The notes below the pieces were generated by a model that searched no databases, had not been told where the DNA came from, and worked only from the letters and a program-made list of their open reading frames with translations. This document shows, piece after piece, positions 53,918-62,788 of a DNA stretch of 64,000 bases. The stretch comes from an uncultured Gemmatimonadales bacterium (GTDB taxonomy: Bacteria; Gemmatimonadota; Gemmatimonadetes; Gemmatimonadales; GWC2-71-9): positions 21,430 through 85,429 of the forward strand of contig CAVUMU010000002.1 of assembly GCA_963742755.1 (NCBI GenBank), given 5' to 3'. Numbering within the stretch: the stretch's first letter is position 1; each line of letters opens with the position of its first letter. The translations under genes and the position numbers were made by a program.

Positions 53918-54091
53918 TCTGAGATCAGGAGGGCCGGCGCGGTTCGCTGGGCCCTCTTTTCATTGCTGCCGCTCTATTACAGACGTGCCATGGCAGCAGT
54001 ACCCTGCGTGAAGGGTGAATTCACGCGCAACCGTAGTCGGCCGGTGTGGCATGTCCGGACTCCGATTACTCATTTTCAAGGAGTAGGAACA

Positions 54092-54301
54092 ATGCGCACC
54101 ACTGGCACGGTCAAGTGGTTCAACGACGCCAAGGGGTTTGGCTTTATCACCCCCGAGGATGGTCAGAAGGACTGCTTTGTCCATCATTCCGCGATCCAGG
54201 CCGAAGGATTCAAGAGCCTGGCCGAGGGTGAGCGTGTGGAGTTCGACGTCGTGCAGGGCCAGAAGGGCCCCGCCGCGGAGAACGTTCGAAAGCTCGCATA
54301 G
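54092..54301 (+). CDS. cspA: Cold-shock protein (CspA family)
   Basis: '[15 protein letters not shown]' (RNP1) and 'DCFVHHS' (RNP2). AAGGAG lies upstream of the ATG. Confidence 0.97.
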   Translation: MRTTGTVKWFNDAKGFGFITPEDGQKDCFVHHSAIQAEGFKSLAEGERVEFDVVQGQKGPAAENVRKLA

Positions 54302-54330
54302 TCCGCTAACCCGGATTTAGAGCTGCATCG

Positions 54331-54366
54331 GTGGCCGGCTCGCTTAACGCGAGCCGGCCACTTTTG
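54331..54366 (+). terminator. Rho-independent terminator of csp
   Basis: gtggccggctcgc-ttaac-gcgagccggccac followed by ttttg. Confidence 0.85.
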
Positions 54367-54418
54367 CGTCCAGTCTTCGCCGGTAGGCGGCTACCCAGTG
54401 CCACGATCAAGCTGGGCC

Positions 54419-54784
54419 TTACCAGACGGATCTCTTCCCGCTGCCAGGGTACGCAGGTACCTCGGCTCCCGCATCAGCATCGCGTGTCGAACAGCTTCTA
54501 GCCGGTCCCACAAACGGACGCCCTGCCCGATCTTCCAGCTGTCGGGGAGCCTCTCCTACAAAAGGTGACGTCAGCGCTCGGCCCGTTCCGAAGACAGTCT
54601 GGGTGGCGTTCACCAGGAGGTCGCAGCCCCGGCAGCACCGCGCCGCCTGCCTCAACCTGGGCAGCGTAGGGTTGGGTGAATGAAGGGCGCCGCCGAACCG
54701 ATCGGGACTGGGTCCACCGCAAGAAGCTTGGTCATGGCGCACATGGTAAGCACTGTTACCCGTCGGAGAAGTGGCGCCGATCAC
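54419..54784 (-). pseudogene. Probable truncated remnant of a family-4 uracil-DNA glycosylase
   Basis: 'CRGCDLLVNATQTVFGTG...FVGEAPRQLEDRAGRPFVGPA' matches the UDG4 N-terminal half (C.xC.L...VFG.G...VGEAPG..ED..G.PFVG.AG), but the GEAPG glycine is R. The frame ends after 121 aa, and I found no continuation in the other frames. Confidence 0.45.
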
Positions 54785-55002
54785 CTAGCGGGCTACAGAA
54801 AGCGGGGATATAGTATGAACAACAGCGGCCGACTATCCGACCGCCATTCCAGTCAAAAATGAGTGCCTCGTCGAGGTACGCTCCTTGCGAAACCTCATCG
54901 GACACAGCGCAACAACATGCGCAAGCGTCCGTGGTTATCGCCGAGCAGCGTTGCGTGCTCCGGCAGAAATGCTCTCGTACGATCAGAAGACCGGCGGTTT
55001 CA

Positions 55003-56133
55003 ATGAATCAATCGTTCCGTAGAGCTTTCTGCCCCCTCGTAGCGCCAATGTGCGTGGCGCTGGGCCTCCAAGGTTGTGGCATCTCCACATCGACGGTCAA
55101 CCTCAACAGCGGTCCCGAGCCCGTCGAGTTGACCCTGACACCGGGGATCGCGCAGTCAGGTGCATCGGTGGATCTGAAGGTCACCAGCCCTGCATCCGAT
55201 AGCATAGCGATCGAGTCCCCGGATGGGCTGGACCGGTATTGGGGCAAGGGATCCACTCTCAGTGCCAGACTGGGGAGCGACTTCGGCGACACCATGCCGG
55301 GCGTGCGCTATGCGTCGCGGGAGAAGGGTCGTCTGTTCGATGTGCTCAAGAAGCCGATGAAGGTGGTGGTGTGCCGCAAGGGCCGCTGCCGGGATTACTA
55401 CCACGAGCTTCCGGTCAAGCTCCCGGAGCGAAACGAGCGCTCGGTTGCCGTCACCGGCGGGTGGAACACCGCCTTTACCAAACGTGCCGTCACCGGCCGC
55501 GACCGGCTGGTGCTCCTGAAAGAGGCGCTGAGCCATACCGTCTGGAACATCCAGGCGGAGGTTGCCACCGGCCAGCTGAGCGGTCGCCTTCAGGGTTTCT
55601 ACGGTGCCGACGAGCGCGGCGGCTCGCTGGACCTTTCCCATGAGATCAAGCGGATGGGAGACGGGATGAGCTACGGCCTGGCCATGCGGCTGGCTGCGAC
55701 TCACGCCGAGTGGCTCCCGACCGACCGCAACGCAATTCTGACCCAGGGGACGGCGTACCGGGCCAGCATCGGGCCCAGCATCATGATCAAGGGGCTCACG
55801 GCCAGCTCCCAGCTGGGGATCTATACCGATGGGCGCTCTACTCTGCAGGAGGTAAGCACGTTCGTCTCCCTCAATGGGGGGCTCACGGAGGTCCGGACCC
55901 CGGTCACCGTGACCCTGGAAAAGACCTTCGCCTTTGGGGGTGAACCGCTCATTCCTCGCCGCCGGGACGCGCTTGAACGGCTCACTTTGGGCCTGGATCT
56001 GGTGCGTAACTTCGCTCTGCGCCTGGGTATGACTACCCATCGGAGCACCTGGCCCACGGAGGACAAGACCAGTGACCTCCGGGCCACCGAGACGTATTAC
56101 ATGATAGGGGGGCAGTACACCCTGAGCTGGTAG
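55003..56133 (+). CDS. Hypothetical lipoprotein, possibly an outer-membrane beta-barrel
   Basis: Lipobox 'ALGLQGCG' after ATG 55003. The C-terminus '...YYMIGGQYTLSW' ends in an aromatic residue. A terminator follows it. Confidence 0.55.
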   Translation: MNQSFRRAFCPLVAPMCVALGLQGCGISTSTVNLNSGPEPVELTLTPGIAQSGASVDLKVTSPASDSIAIESPDGLDRYWGKGSTLSARLGSDFGDTMPGVRYASREKGRLFDVLKKPMKVVVCRKGRCRDYYHELPVKLPERNERSVAVTGGWNTAFTKRAVTGRDRLVLLKEALSHTVWNIQAEVATGQLSGRLQGFYGADERGGSLDLSHEIKRMGDGMSYGLAMRLAATHAEWLPTDRNAILTQGTAYRASIGPSIMIKGLTASSQLGIYTDGRSTLQEVSTFVSLNGGLTEVRTPVTVTLEKTFAFGGEPLIPRRRDALERLTLGLDLVRNFALRLGMTTHRSTWPTEDKTSDLRATETYYMIGGQYTLSW

Positions 56134-56151
56134 GATTTTCCGGGTTTCCGT

Positions 56152-56193
56152 CACGAGGGCCGACCCGCCAGGGGTTCGGCCCTCGTGGTTTTA
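56152..56193 (+). terminator. Rho-independent terminator
   Basis: cacgagggccga pairs with tcggccctcgtg (12 bp), followed by gtttta. Confidence 0.7.
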
Positions 56194-56359
56194 TGCTGTC
56201 TATCTGCGACCCGGCGTCGTCCTCAGGCAGTATGTATGTCTAGACACCGATCAGTAGACCAGCCCGCGACGGGGGAACCGGCGAGGCTGCAGAACTGTTA
56301 ATGGTGGGCCTACAATAGCTTCCGGCCCCAAGCCGGGGCCTCACCGAGGGAGAAGTGAC

Positions 56360-57250
56360 GTGGCTGTTACCAAGACCAAGCGCCGGCGCCGGCCGAAGCC
56401 GGCCACCATGGCCAAGGCCGCCGACGAGGGACGCGAGAGCCTGGATTTCTATCTGAAGGACATCAGCCGCATCCCCCTGCTCACCGTGCAGGAGGAGACT
56501 GCGCTGGCCAGGCGTGCGATCAAGGGCGATATCGAGGCCCAGGAGAAGCTCGCCCGGCACAACGTGCGCTTTGTGGTCTCGGTGGCCAAGAAGTTCCAGA
56601 ATCGGGGAGTTCCCCTCATGGACCTGATCGGCGAAGGGAACGTGGGTCTGATGACCGCGGCTCGGAAGTTCGATCCGGACCGGGGGGTGAAGTTCATCTC
56701 CTATGCGGTCTGGTGGATTCGTCAGGCCATTCAGGCTGCGATTGCCCGGCACGGCCGACCGGTTCGGCTGCCACTCAACCGGACCGCCGATCTCAGCCGC
56801 CTGGGACGGGTCACCACCCTGCTCACCGAGCAGCTGGGCCGGGTGCCCACCACCGAGGAGCTGGTGAAGGCCACCGGACTTACGCCGGAGGCGGTACGCT
56901 CGCTCGGCGCCCTCCACGTGGAGGCGTTGCGGCTCGACCAGCCCATGCGGGACGGTGAGGACCGTGGGCGGCTGGACCGGTTCGTCCCGTTGACCCAGGA
57001 GGGGACCGACGCGTCGACCCTCGCCAGCAGCCGCACCAGCGACCTGGAAGCGGCGCTCGGTGCGCTGCCGCCCAGGGACGCCAAGGTGCTCCGGCTCTAT
57101 TTCGGGTTGGACGACGGCACCAGCCGGACGCTGGAGGAGATTGGTCGGATGATGGGTGTGACGCGGGAGCGGATTCGCCAGCTGCGGGACCGGGCTCTCC
57201 GCCAGCTGAAGGAAGAGCACGGGGACAAGCTGCGGGAGCTGGCTGCGTAA
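56360..57250 (+). CDS. Sigma-70 family RNA polymerase sigma factor (short RpoD/RpoS-like, regions 1.2-4)
   Basis: 'DLIGEGNVGLMTAARKFDPDRGVKFISYAVWWIRQAI' is region 2. 'TLEEIGRMMGVTRERIRQLRDRAL' is region 4.2. GTG start after gaggga. Confidence 0.9.
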   Translation: MAVTKTKRRRRPKPATMAKAADEGRESLDFYLKDISRIPLLTVQEETALARRAIKGDIEAQEKLARHNVRFVVSVAKKFQNRGVPLMDLIGEGNVGLMTAARKFDPDRGVKFISYAVWWIRQAIQAAIARHGRPVRLPLNRTADLSRLGRVTTLLTEQLGRVPTTEELVKATGLTPEAVRSLGALHVEALRLDQPMRDGEDRGRLDRFVPLTQEGTDASTLASSRTSDLEAALGALPPRDAKVLRLYFGLDDGTSRTLEEIGRMMGVTRERIRQLRDRALRQLKEEHGDKLRELAA

Positions 57251-57271
57251 AGGAAAGAGTCCAGGAGTCGC

Positions 57272-58453
57272 TTACACCCTCGATCCTAGACTCTCCACCA
57301 CCGTCTGCAGCTGAGCCCGGCCCGGTACGATTCCCTGCGCCAGCCGAGGCGAACCGCCACCTCTCCCTCCTACGCTGGTGAGCAGGCTCTTGAGCAGGCT
57401 CGCCGCGTCGATTCCGGTATCCTCCGACGCCGCCAGCACCACGGCCGGAGGACTCATGACCGCTCCGACGAAAACCGCCCGGGGCATCGAGCTGAATGCC
57501 TGGGCAACTCCCCGAAGGGTGTCGGCCGAGGGCCCTTCCTCCCGGACGGTCACTCGACGGATCCCGGTGCTCTCCGGCGCGGCGGCCTCATAGAGCTCCC
57601 GTGCCCGGCACACGTCCAGCTTGCCCTGGAGCTCGCGGTTGGCCGCGTTGGCGCCCTTGATGTCGTTTCGTTGGCTTGCTACCAGACGGGGCAGCTCGTC
57701 CGCTGCGGCGGAGAACTCCGCGGCGAGCAGTGACAAGAGCCCGTAGTCGGCACGGGCTCGCCGGATGGCCCGACCGCCGCAGAGGAACTCAACTCGAACC
57801 CCTTTCCTGACCCGCTCCAGCTTTCGGATCAGGATCGGTCCGATCTCCCCCGTGGCTCCTACGTGGGTCCCCCCGCACGCGCTCCGGTCGAGTCCTTCGA
57901 TGGTGACGATCCTCAGCGTCCCTTCCCGGTCGATGGGTATCCTGAGTCCTGCCGCGGAGTCCGCGGCTTCAAAGCTCACCCCGACCGGGCGGTTCTCCAC
58001 CACAATCTGGTTCGCTCGCCCTTCGGCTCTGGTTACCTGATCCGGCGTCAAGGCCGCAGCATCGAGATCGAGCGTGGAACTCTCCGGCCCGAAGTGGACC
58101 CCGACGGTAGCGTGGCCGACCAGCTCGGCCAGGACGGCTGAGAGAAGATGTTGGCCGGTGTGCTGCTGCATATGGTCAAACCGCCGGCCCCAGTCGATCT
58201 GCCCCCGAACACGTGTCCCCGTAAGGGAACCCGCGAGCAGGTGAGCGACTCGCTCGCCTTCGTCGACCACATCGGTGACCTCGATCCCGCCCAGCTGGCC
58301 GATATCGAATGGCTGGCCACCGGACGTAGGGTAGAAGGCCGTCTGGTCCAGATAGACTCGGCTGGAATCGTCGGACCGGCCTATGATCTCCGCCTCAAAA
58401 TCGCGGAGGTAGGCGTCGGTATAGTAGAGTCGGTGGGTCGTAGGTCGGCTCAG
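57272..58453 (-). CDS. alaX: Alanyl-tRNA editing protein (AlaX-L type: N-domain, editing domain, DHHA1-like tail); start probably CTG 58453
   Basis: 'HMQQHTGQHLL' and 'CGGTHV' are the editing-site Zn motifs. The conserved N-domain 'RLYYTDAYLRDFEAEI...FYPTSGGQPFD' is encoded upstream of the listed GTG start at 58270. Confidence 0.8.
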   Translation of the reverse strand: MSRPTTHRLYYTDAYLRDFEAEIIGRSDDSSRVYLDQTAFYPTSGGQPFDIGQLGGIEVTDVVDEGERVAHLLAGSLTGTRVRGQIDWGRRFDHMQQHTGQHLLSAVLAELVGHATVGVHFGPESSTLDLDAAALTPDQVTRAEGRANQIVVENRPVGVSFEAADSAAGLRIPIDREGTLRIVTIEGLDRSACGGTHVGATGEIGPILIRKLERVRKGVRVEFLCGGRAIRRARADYGLLSLLAAEFSAAADELPRLVASQRNDIKGANAANRELQGKLDVCRARELYEAAAPESTGIRRVTVREEGPSADTLRGVAQAFSSMPRAVFVGAVMSPPAVVLAASEDTGIDAASLLKSLLTSVGGRGGGSPRLAQGIVPGRAQLQTVVESLGSRV

Positions 58454-59055
58454 CTTGCGCGGATCGGGGTCGCTGGCGGGGTGACAAGCTCGGTGAAAAC
58501 CCGCCGCTGGATCTCGGCTGCAACATCCAGCACTACTGAGAGCTGGTAGGCCAGGTCGTGAAGCTCGGACGGGTCGATGAAGGGATCCAGGCCCAGGGTC
58601 GCCACCCGCTCCTGCAGGAGGGCAAATCCCGCGTGGGCGAATACCATCCGTTCCCAGAGCGGAAGGATCTGCTCCAGTTGAGCGGTGGAGAGGGCCGCGG
58701 TTGTCTCCTCAAAATCCCCTTCCAGGGGTCCCATCACCCGGACCAACTGGTCGGCCAGGGCGCGGGCACGCTCGGCACTTTGCAGGGTATCGGTGACCTG
58801 TACGATCGCCTTCGCCCACTGCTGGAGGTCCCCATACTCCAGACCCAAGCTGACCAGGGCGGCCCGGCTGGTGTCGGACCGTGCGGGCATGGTACCAGTA
58901 CCAAAGCTGGCCAGGTTGAGAGCCAGTGTCGTCAACCCTGCCAACGTCAGAGTGCGCCGCACGAGTACCTCGCCGGAAAACGGGTGCGCCGCGATGTAAG
59001 CCGCGGCGCGTAGCGCCCGCAAGGCGTTGCGGGCCTGCCAATAATCTGCCTCCAA
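58450..59055 (-). CDS. Hypothetical helical protein
   Basis: TTG start and GC3 bias. Its stop overlaps the proposed alaX start. I did not recognise a family. Confidence 0.5.
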   Translation of the reverse strand: MEADYWQARNALRALRAAAYIAAHPFSGEVLVRRTLTLAGLTTLALNLASFGTGTMPARSDTSRAALVSLGLEYGDLQQWAKAIVQVTDTLQSAERARALADQLVRVMGPLEGDFEETTAALSTAQLEQILPLWERMVFAHAGFALLQERVATLGLDPFIDPSELHDLAYQLSVVLDVAAEIQRRVFTELVTPPATPIRAS

Positions 59056-59102
59056 TTTGCAAGGTCGGATAGAGACCCGTCTGTGATGCCGGCTACGACT
59101 TC

Positions 59103-60374
59103 CTAGCGGTTGGCAACGTCCTCCGTTGCGACCAGCTTTCCGTCCAGGACCAACGGCTTACGGTCTACGGCCAGGGTGCTACCCGGTGAATAAAGGGCGA
59201 GCCCAAAGCTCACCTGGTTATCGCCGCCGGCCCAGGTATTTCCACCCACCGATACGGTGACGGTTCCAGCCTTGCCCCACACGTGCACTGGGCTGTGATC
59301 GGGTGACTTGATTCCCGGGTTGATTCCGACGTCAATCACCCCAACCAGATCCTTACCCGGACCGGCTGCGTCGTAGGCCGCCTGCAGGGGCTCGAGGCCG
59401 TCCTTGGCGGTCATCGAGGTCATCTTCCCACCTTTGAACACCAGACGCAGGCCCTCGATCGGCTTGCCCTGGAAGAAGAACCGATCCGCCACAATCGTTC
59501 CGTCCCCGGTACCGGGTACCGGCGTGAGGTACACCTCACCCGCGGGGAGCCAGACCGAGGTTGCCGCTCCGCCCATCTTCCGGTCCTGGGCCGAGATGAT
59601 GCCATCGTTCACCGTGATCGGCCGGCCCGCGATTCCGACCTTGAAATCGGTCCCGTTCGGGTTGGTGATGCGAACTTCCTTGCCGGCGGCGAGCACCTTG
59701 CGCACCTGCTGTCCCGAGGACTGCAGAGCCTGGTAGTCAGCGCCAATTCCTCCATACATCATGTCGGCCAGCTCTTCCCGTGACACGCCGAATTGCTCCG
59801 CGCGCTCCGCGCTGGGATACAGGCCATTGCCCAGCGCGACCATACGAACCCCGCGCTTCTGCATCAGATTGGCCACCGGCGTAAAGGCCTTGCCCTGGGC
59901 CGCGAGCCGCTTCGGGTCCACGCCCTGGAGTGTGCGTCCCTCTCCCGCCTCGGTGTTGATGATGACGTCGACGATTCCTGCGAGCTGCATGATTATCGCG
60001 GGCGTCTGGCTGTCGAACTTGGCGGGGACCTCGTCAAACATCCTGCGCGACAGCCGGTTGCTTCCCACTGACACCAGGGGGCTGGCCCCCTGCTTGCGAA
60101 CCTCGACCGCGATGTCTTCCATGAGTGGGAGATCTTCGTCGCTGCCGAAGACGAGTACGAGGTCGCCCTGTCTCACCCCGGCACTCTGGGTTACGACCTT
60201 TTCCGCCACTGAGCGGTGGTCCCTCGTAGCGGCCGGTGCAGAGCTGTCGCCCGGCAAGGTCACAACCGCCGACTCGGTACCTGCGGCGGAGCCGCCTCTG
60301 TCCTTGCAGCCCAGCGCCAGGGTAAGGCCGAGCGCCGCAATGGCGAGTGAACCCACAGAATGGCGTCTGGACAT
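59103..60374 (-). CDS. Aminopeptidase, M29 (AmpS/PepS-like) family, lipoprotein
   Basis: Lipobox 'LTLALGCK'. 'NGTDFKVGIAGRP', 'LPAGEVYLTP' and 'VIDVGINPG' fit my recollection of the M29 layout. Confidence 0.7.
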   Translation of the reverse strand: MSRRHSVGSLAIAALGLTLALGCKDRGGSAAGTESAVVTLPGDSSAPAATRDHRSVAEKVVTQSAGVRQGDLVLVFGSDEDLPLMEDIAVEVRKQGASPLVSVGSNRLSRRMFDEVPAKFDSQTPAIIMQLAGIVDVIINTEAGEGRTLQGVDPKRLAAQGKAFTPVANLMQKRGVRMVALGNGLYPSAERAEQFGVSREELADMMYGGIGADYQALQSSGQQVRKVLAAGKEVRITNPNGTDFKVGIAGRPITVNDGIISAQDRKMGGAATSVWLPAGEVYLTPVPGTGDGTIVADRFFFQGKPIEGLRLVFKGGKMTSMTAKDGLEPLQAAYDAAGPGKDLVGVIDVGINPGIKSPDHSPVHVWGKAGTVTVSVGGNTWAGGDNQVSFGLALYSPGSTLAVDRKPLVLDGKLVATEDVANR

Positions 60375-60532
60375 GGAGGTCTCCTGGCCCGAGGGGGAAA
60401 AGCAAAGCCGAGCTACCGTGGCAGCTCGGCTTCGTTACTTCGGGGCGTCAGGAAATCGGCGCCTCGGAGAGGCTATGCCAGAGTGTCCTTGCACGGAATT
60501 GTTTCTGACGGTACGGCAGCACACGCGAGGTG

Positions 60533-61549
60533 TCAAGCTGAGGTGCCCCAGCCCCGGAGGGCACGGACAAAATCGTGAAGCACCAGAAATTTCTCGTACA
60601 GAATCACACCCTTGCGCTTCCGGCCGAACTCGCCAAAGAGATCGCGCAGGCGTCCGCGCCGAGTGACGTAGAAGCGGAAGGTCTCAGCGAAGTCCTCCTG
60701 TGGGTGCTTGGCCGCGTAGGCACTGACGAAGTTGGTGGGTGCGATAGCGATCCGGCGGCGCTGGAAGTACACCCAGGTGTTATCCATCCCCCGATAGGCC
60801 TTGTCCACTTCCCCGAATGCCCGGCGGAACTGTCGGGTGCGGGTCCAGTCCCAGTGATGATAGAGGAAGCTGTGTCCCAGCTCGTGGGTGAGGAGGCCCA
60901 CCAGCATGGTCCAGGAGATCTCGTCTCGGCGGCGCCGGCCCACGACGTAGCGCTGCTCGATCTCGACGATTGCCGGATACTGCGGGTCGACGCCGGATAC
61001 CCCGGGACGGAGCAGCACCCGATAGCCCCAATCCTTGATCCTGGACACGAGCAGGAGCCGCCGCACCCGGGTCAGCGCGCGGGGGATGAGGTCTCGACCG
61101 GTCGGGTCGCCGCCGCACCAGGGACAGGCATTCATCCGGTCGTCCACACCGCGGTTGCAATGGGGACACTCACCCTCGAAGTGCTTGTCCTCGTTCCAGC
61201 TCTGCGGCCGGCTGCACCAGGGGCAGTGGCGCATCGGGTACTGCACCCCGCCGCCGCACCCCCAGTCGCAGCGGGCATCCATGCGGAACCCGCGGGGCGC
61301 CTTGAGCGGCTCTACGCTGGAGTACCCTTCTTCGTGGATGTTGGCGCCGCACCAGGGACAGTGGGCAAACCGTTCCGACACCGCCCAGCCGCACTTGTAA
61401 CAGTCGGCGCCGGTGACCCCACCGACGTCGTTCCAGCGCTGAGCTCGGCCGCAGGCGGAACAGTAGTCCCGATAGCGCTGGACGATGTTGCCGCATACGC
61501 ACCGCTGGTCGCGGGGCCAGGCTGAGGGCCGGCGCCTACGTGGGCTCAT
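60533..61549 (-). CDS. Zinc metallopeptidase (HExxH) preceded by four zinc-ribbon repeats
   Basis: ATG 61549 overlaps the ATP-grasp gene end by 14 nt. Zinc ribbons: 'CVCGN..CSACG', 'CYKCG..HCPWCG', 'CDWGCG..HCPWCS' and 'CPHCN..ACPWCG'. The catalytic motif is 'THELGH'. Confidence 0.75.
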   Translation of the reverse strand: MSPRRRRPSAWPRDQRCVCGNIVQRYRDYCSACGRAQRWNDVGGVTGADCYKCGWAVSERFAHCPWCGANIHEEGYSSVEPLKAPRGFRMDARCDWGCGGGVQYPMRHCPWCSRPQSWNEDKHFEGECPHCNRGVDDRMNACPWCGGDPTGRDLIPRALTRVRRLLLVSRIKDWGYRVLLRPGVSGVDPQYPAIVEIEQRYVVGRRRRDEISWTMLVGLLTHELGHSFLYHHWDWTRTRQFRRAFGEVDKAYRGMDNTWVYFQRRRIAIAPTNFVSAYAAKHPQEDFAETFRFYVTRRGRLRDLFGEFGRKRKGVILYEKFLVLHDFVRALRGWGTSA

Positions 61550-62573
61550 ATCTCGCGATCGCCGCATCGACGATGCGTTGGATGAAATCGTAGTATTCCA
61601 TCCCCGCCTTTGCGGCAGCATTGGCCATATCGTGACCGTAGCTGATGAAGGGGTTGGCATTGGCTTCGATAACCCAGACTTGCCCATCGGGGGCGAGCCG
61701 GAGGTCGAGGCGGGCATAGTCCCGGAGCCATAGGGCCCGGTAGGCGGTTCGGCAAGTCTCCTCGATTCGCGCGCGCACAGCTTTCGAGATCGGACGAGCC
61801 ACCACGTTCCGTATCCCCCTGCGCTCCCGGTAGGCCTCATCCCACTTGGCAGACTGGGTGGCGATTCGCTCCTCGGGGCGGCTCTTTCGCTTGTCGAACA
61901 CCATCTCGATTATCGGCAGGATCTCGAGTGAATCGTCGTTGCCCAGGACCCCGACGTAAAGCTCCCGCCCATCCACGAACTCCTCGGCGATGGCCGCCTG
62001 TCCAAACCGCTCCTGAATGAAAGCCACCCGGTCGGCCAGGGAACCCAGGTCCTGCACTACGGAGGCCTGAGCGATCCCGGCTGAGCCATCCGCCTGCAGC
62101 GGCTTCACGAAGAGAGGAAACCTCAGATCCGGAGCGGCCTCGACCTTCTCCTGCAGGCGATACGAAATGAAGCCAGGAACCTGGATGCCGAAGTAGGCCA
62201 GGATCTTCTTGCTGATGGCCTTGTTGCGGGTAACCTGAAGCGCCAAAGGTGGAGCCCCGGTGTAACGGAATCCCTCGGCTTCCAGGAGCCCGGGAAGCAG
62301 GTATTCCAGCGCCTCGTTGCCCTTGAAGGCCTCGGCGCCATTGAATACCAGGTCCGGCTTCCAGTCGGCCAGGCACCGAACCAGGTACTGCAGATCGTCA
62401 CGCACGCCGATCAGGTGGATCTCGTGACCCCGCTCCTGAAGCGCATGCGCGATCTGATACTCCATGTCGGGCTCGTCCGTCTTCCAGGCGGCGATGTCCT
62501 TCTCCATCTGGATCTCGTGCTCGGCGTGCTCCCAGCCCGAGTAAGGGGTATCAAAAACGACCGCGATGCGCAT
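61536..62573 (-). CDS. ATP-grasp enzyme of the D-alanine--D-alanine ligase family
   Basis: 'MRIAVVFD...', 'RNKAISKKIL', 'PLFVKPLQADGSAGI', 'EEFVDGRELYVGVLG' and 'VWVIEANANP'. Confidence 0.85.
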   Translation of the reverse strand: MRIAVVFDTPYSGWEHAEHEIQMEKDIAAWKTDEPDMEYQIAHALQERGHEIHLIGVRDDLQYLVRCLADWKPDLVFNGAEAFKGNEALEYLLPGLLEAEGFRYTGAPPLALQVTRNKAISKKILAYFGIQVPGFISYRLQEKVEAAPDLRFPLFVKPLQADGSAGIAQASVVQDLGSLADRVAFIQERFGQAAIAEEFVDGRELYVGVLGNDDSLEILPIIEMVFDKRKSRPEERIATQSAKWDEAYRERRGIRNVVARPISKAVRARIEETCRTAYRALWLRDYARLDLRLAPDGQVWVIEANANPFISYGHDMANAAAKAGMEYYDFIQRIVDAAIARYEPT

Positions 62574-62788
62574 AGGGCAGCAAGATCCACGGATCGAGCG
62601 TGTAACGCTAGTCCGGCTTTGGTCTTGCGTGACTTCACCGCCCCACGCGAAATGCCCGCCATTCAACAGATCGAAAGTCGCTAACTCTTTGACTCTGCTT
62701 TATTTAGTTGGTGGCTCAGTGATTGCTCTCATTTCCACTGGTCCAGCTGCTTCGAAACGGTCAAACCGTCCATTGAATCGAGCCCCCC

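Noticed and set aside
52841-54091. Upstream 417 codons of the 486-aa ORF 52841..54301.
   Set aside because: Only the last 69 codons (csp, with its own AAGGAG and ATG at 54092) are credible. The rest is antisense to the dynamin-like gene.
55156-57220. Minus-strand ORFs 55156..56154 (332 aa) and 56240..57220 (326 aa).
   Set aside because: They are antisense to the lipoprotein gene and to a sigma factor with unmistakable region 2 and region 4 motifs.
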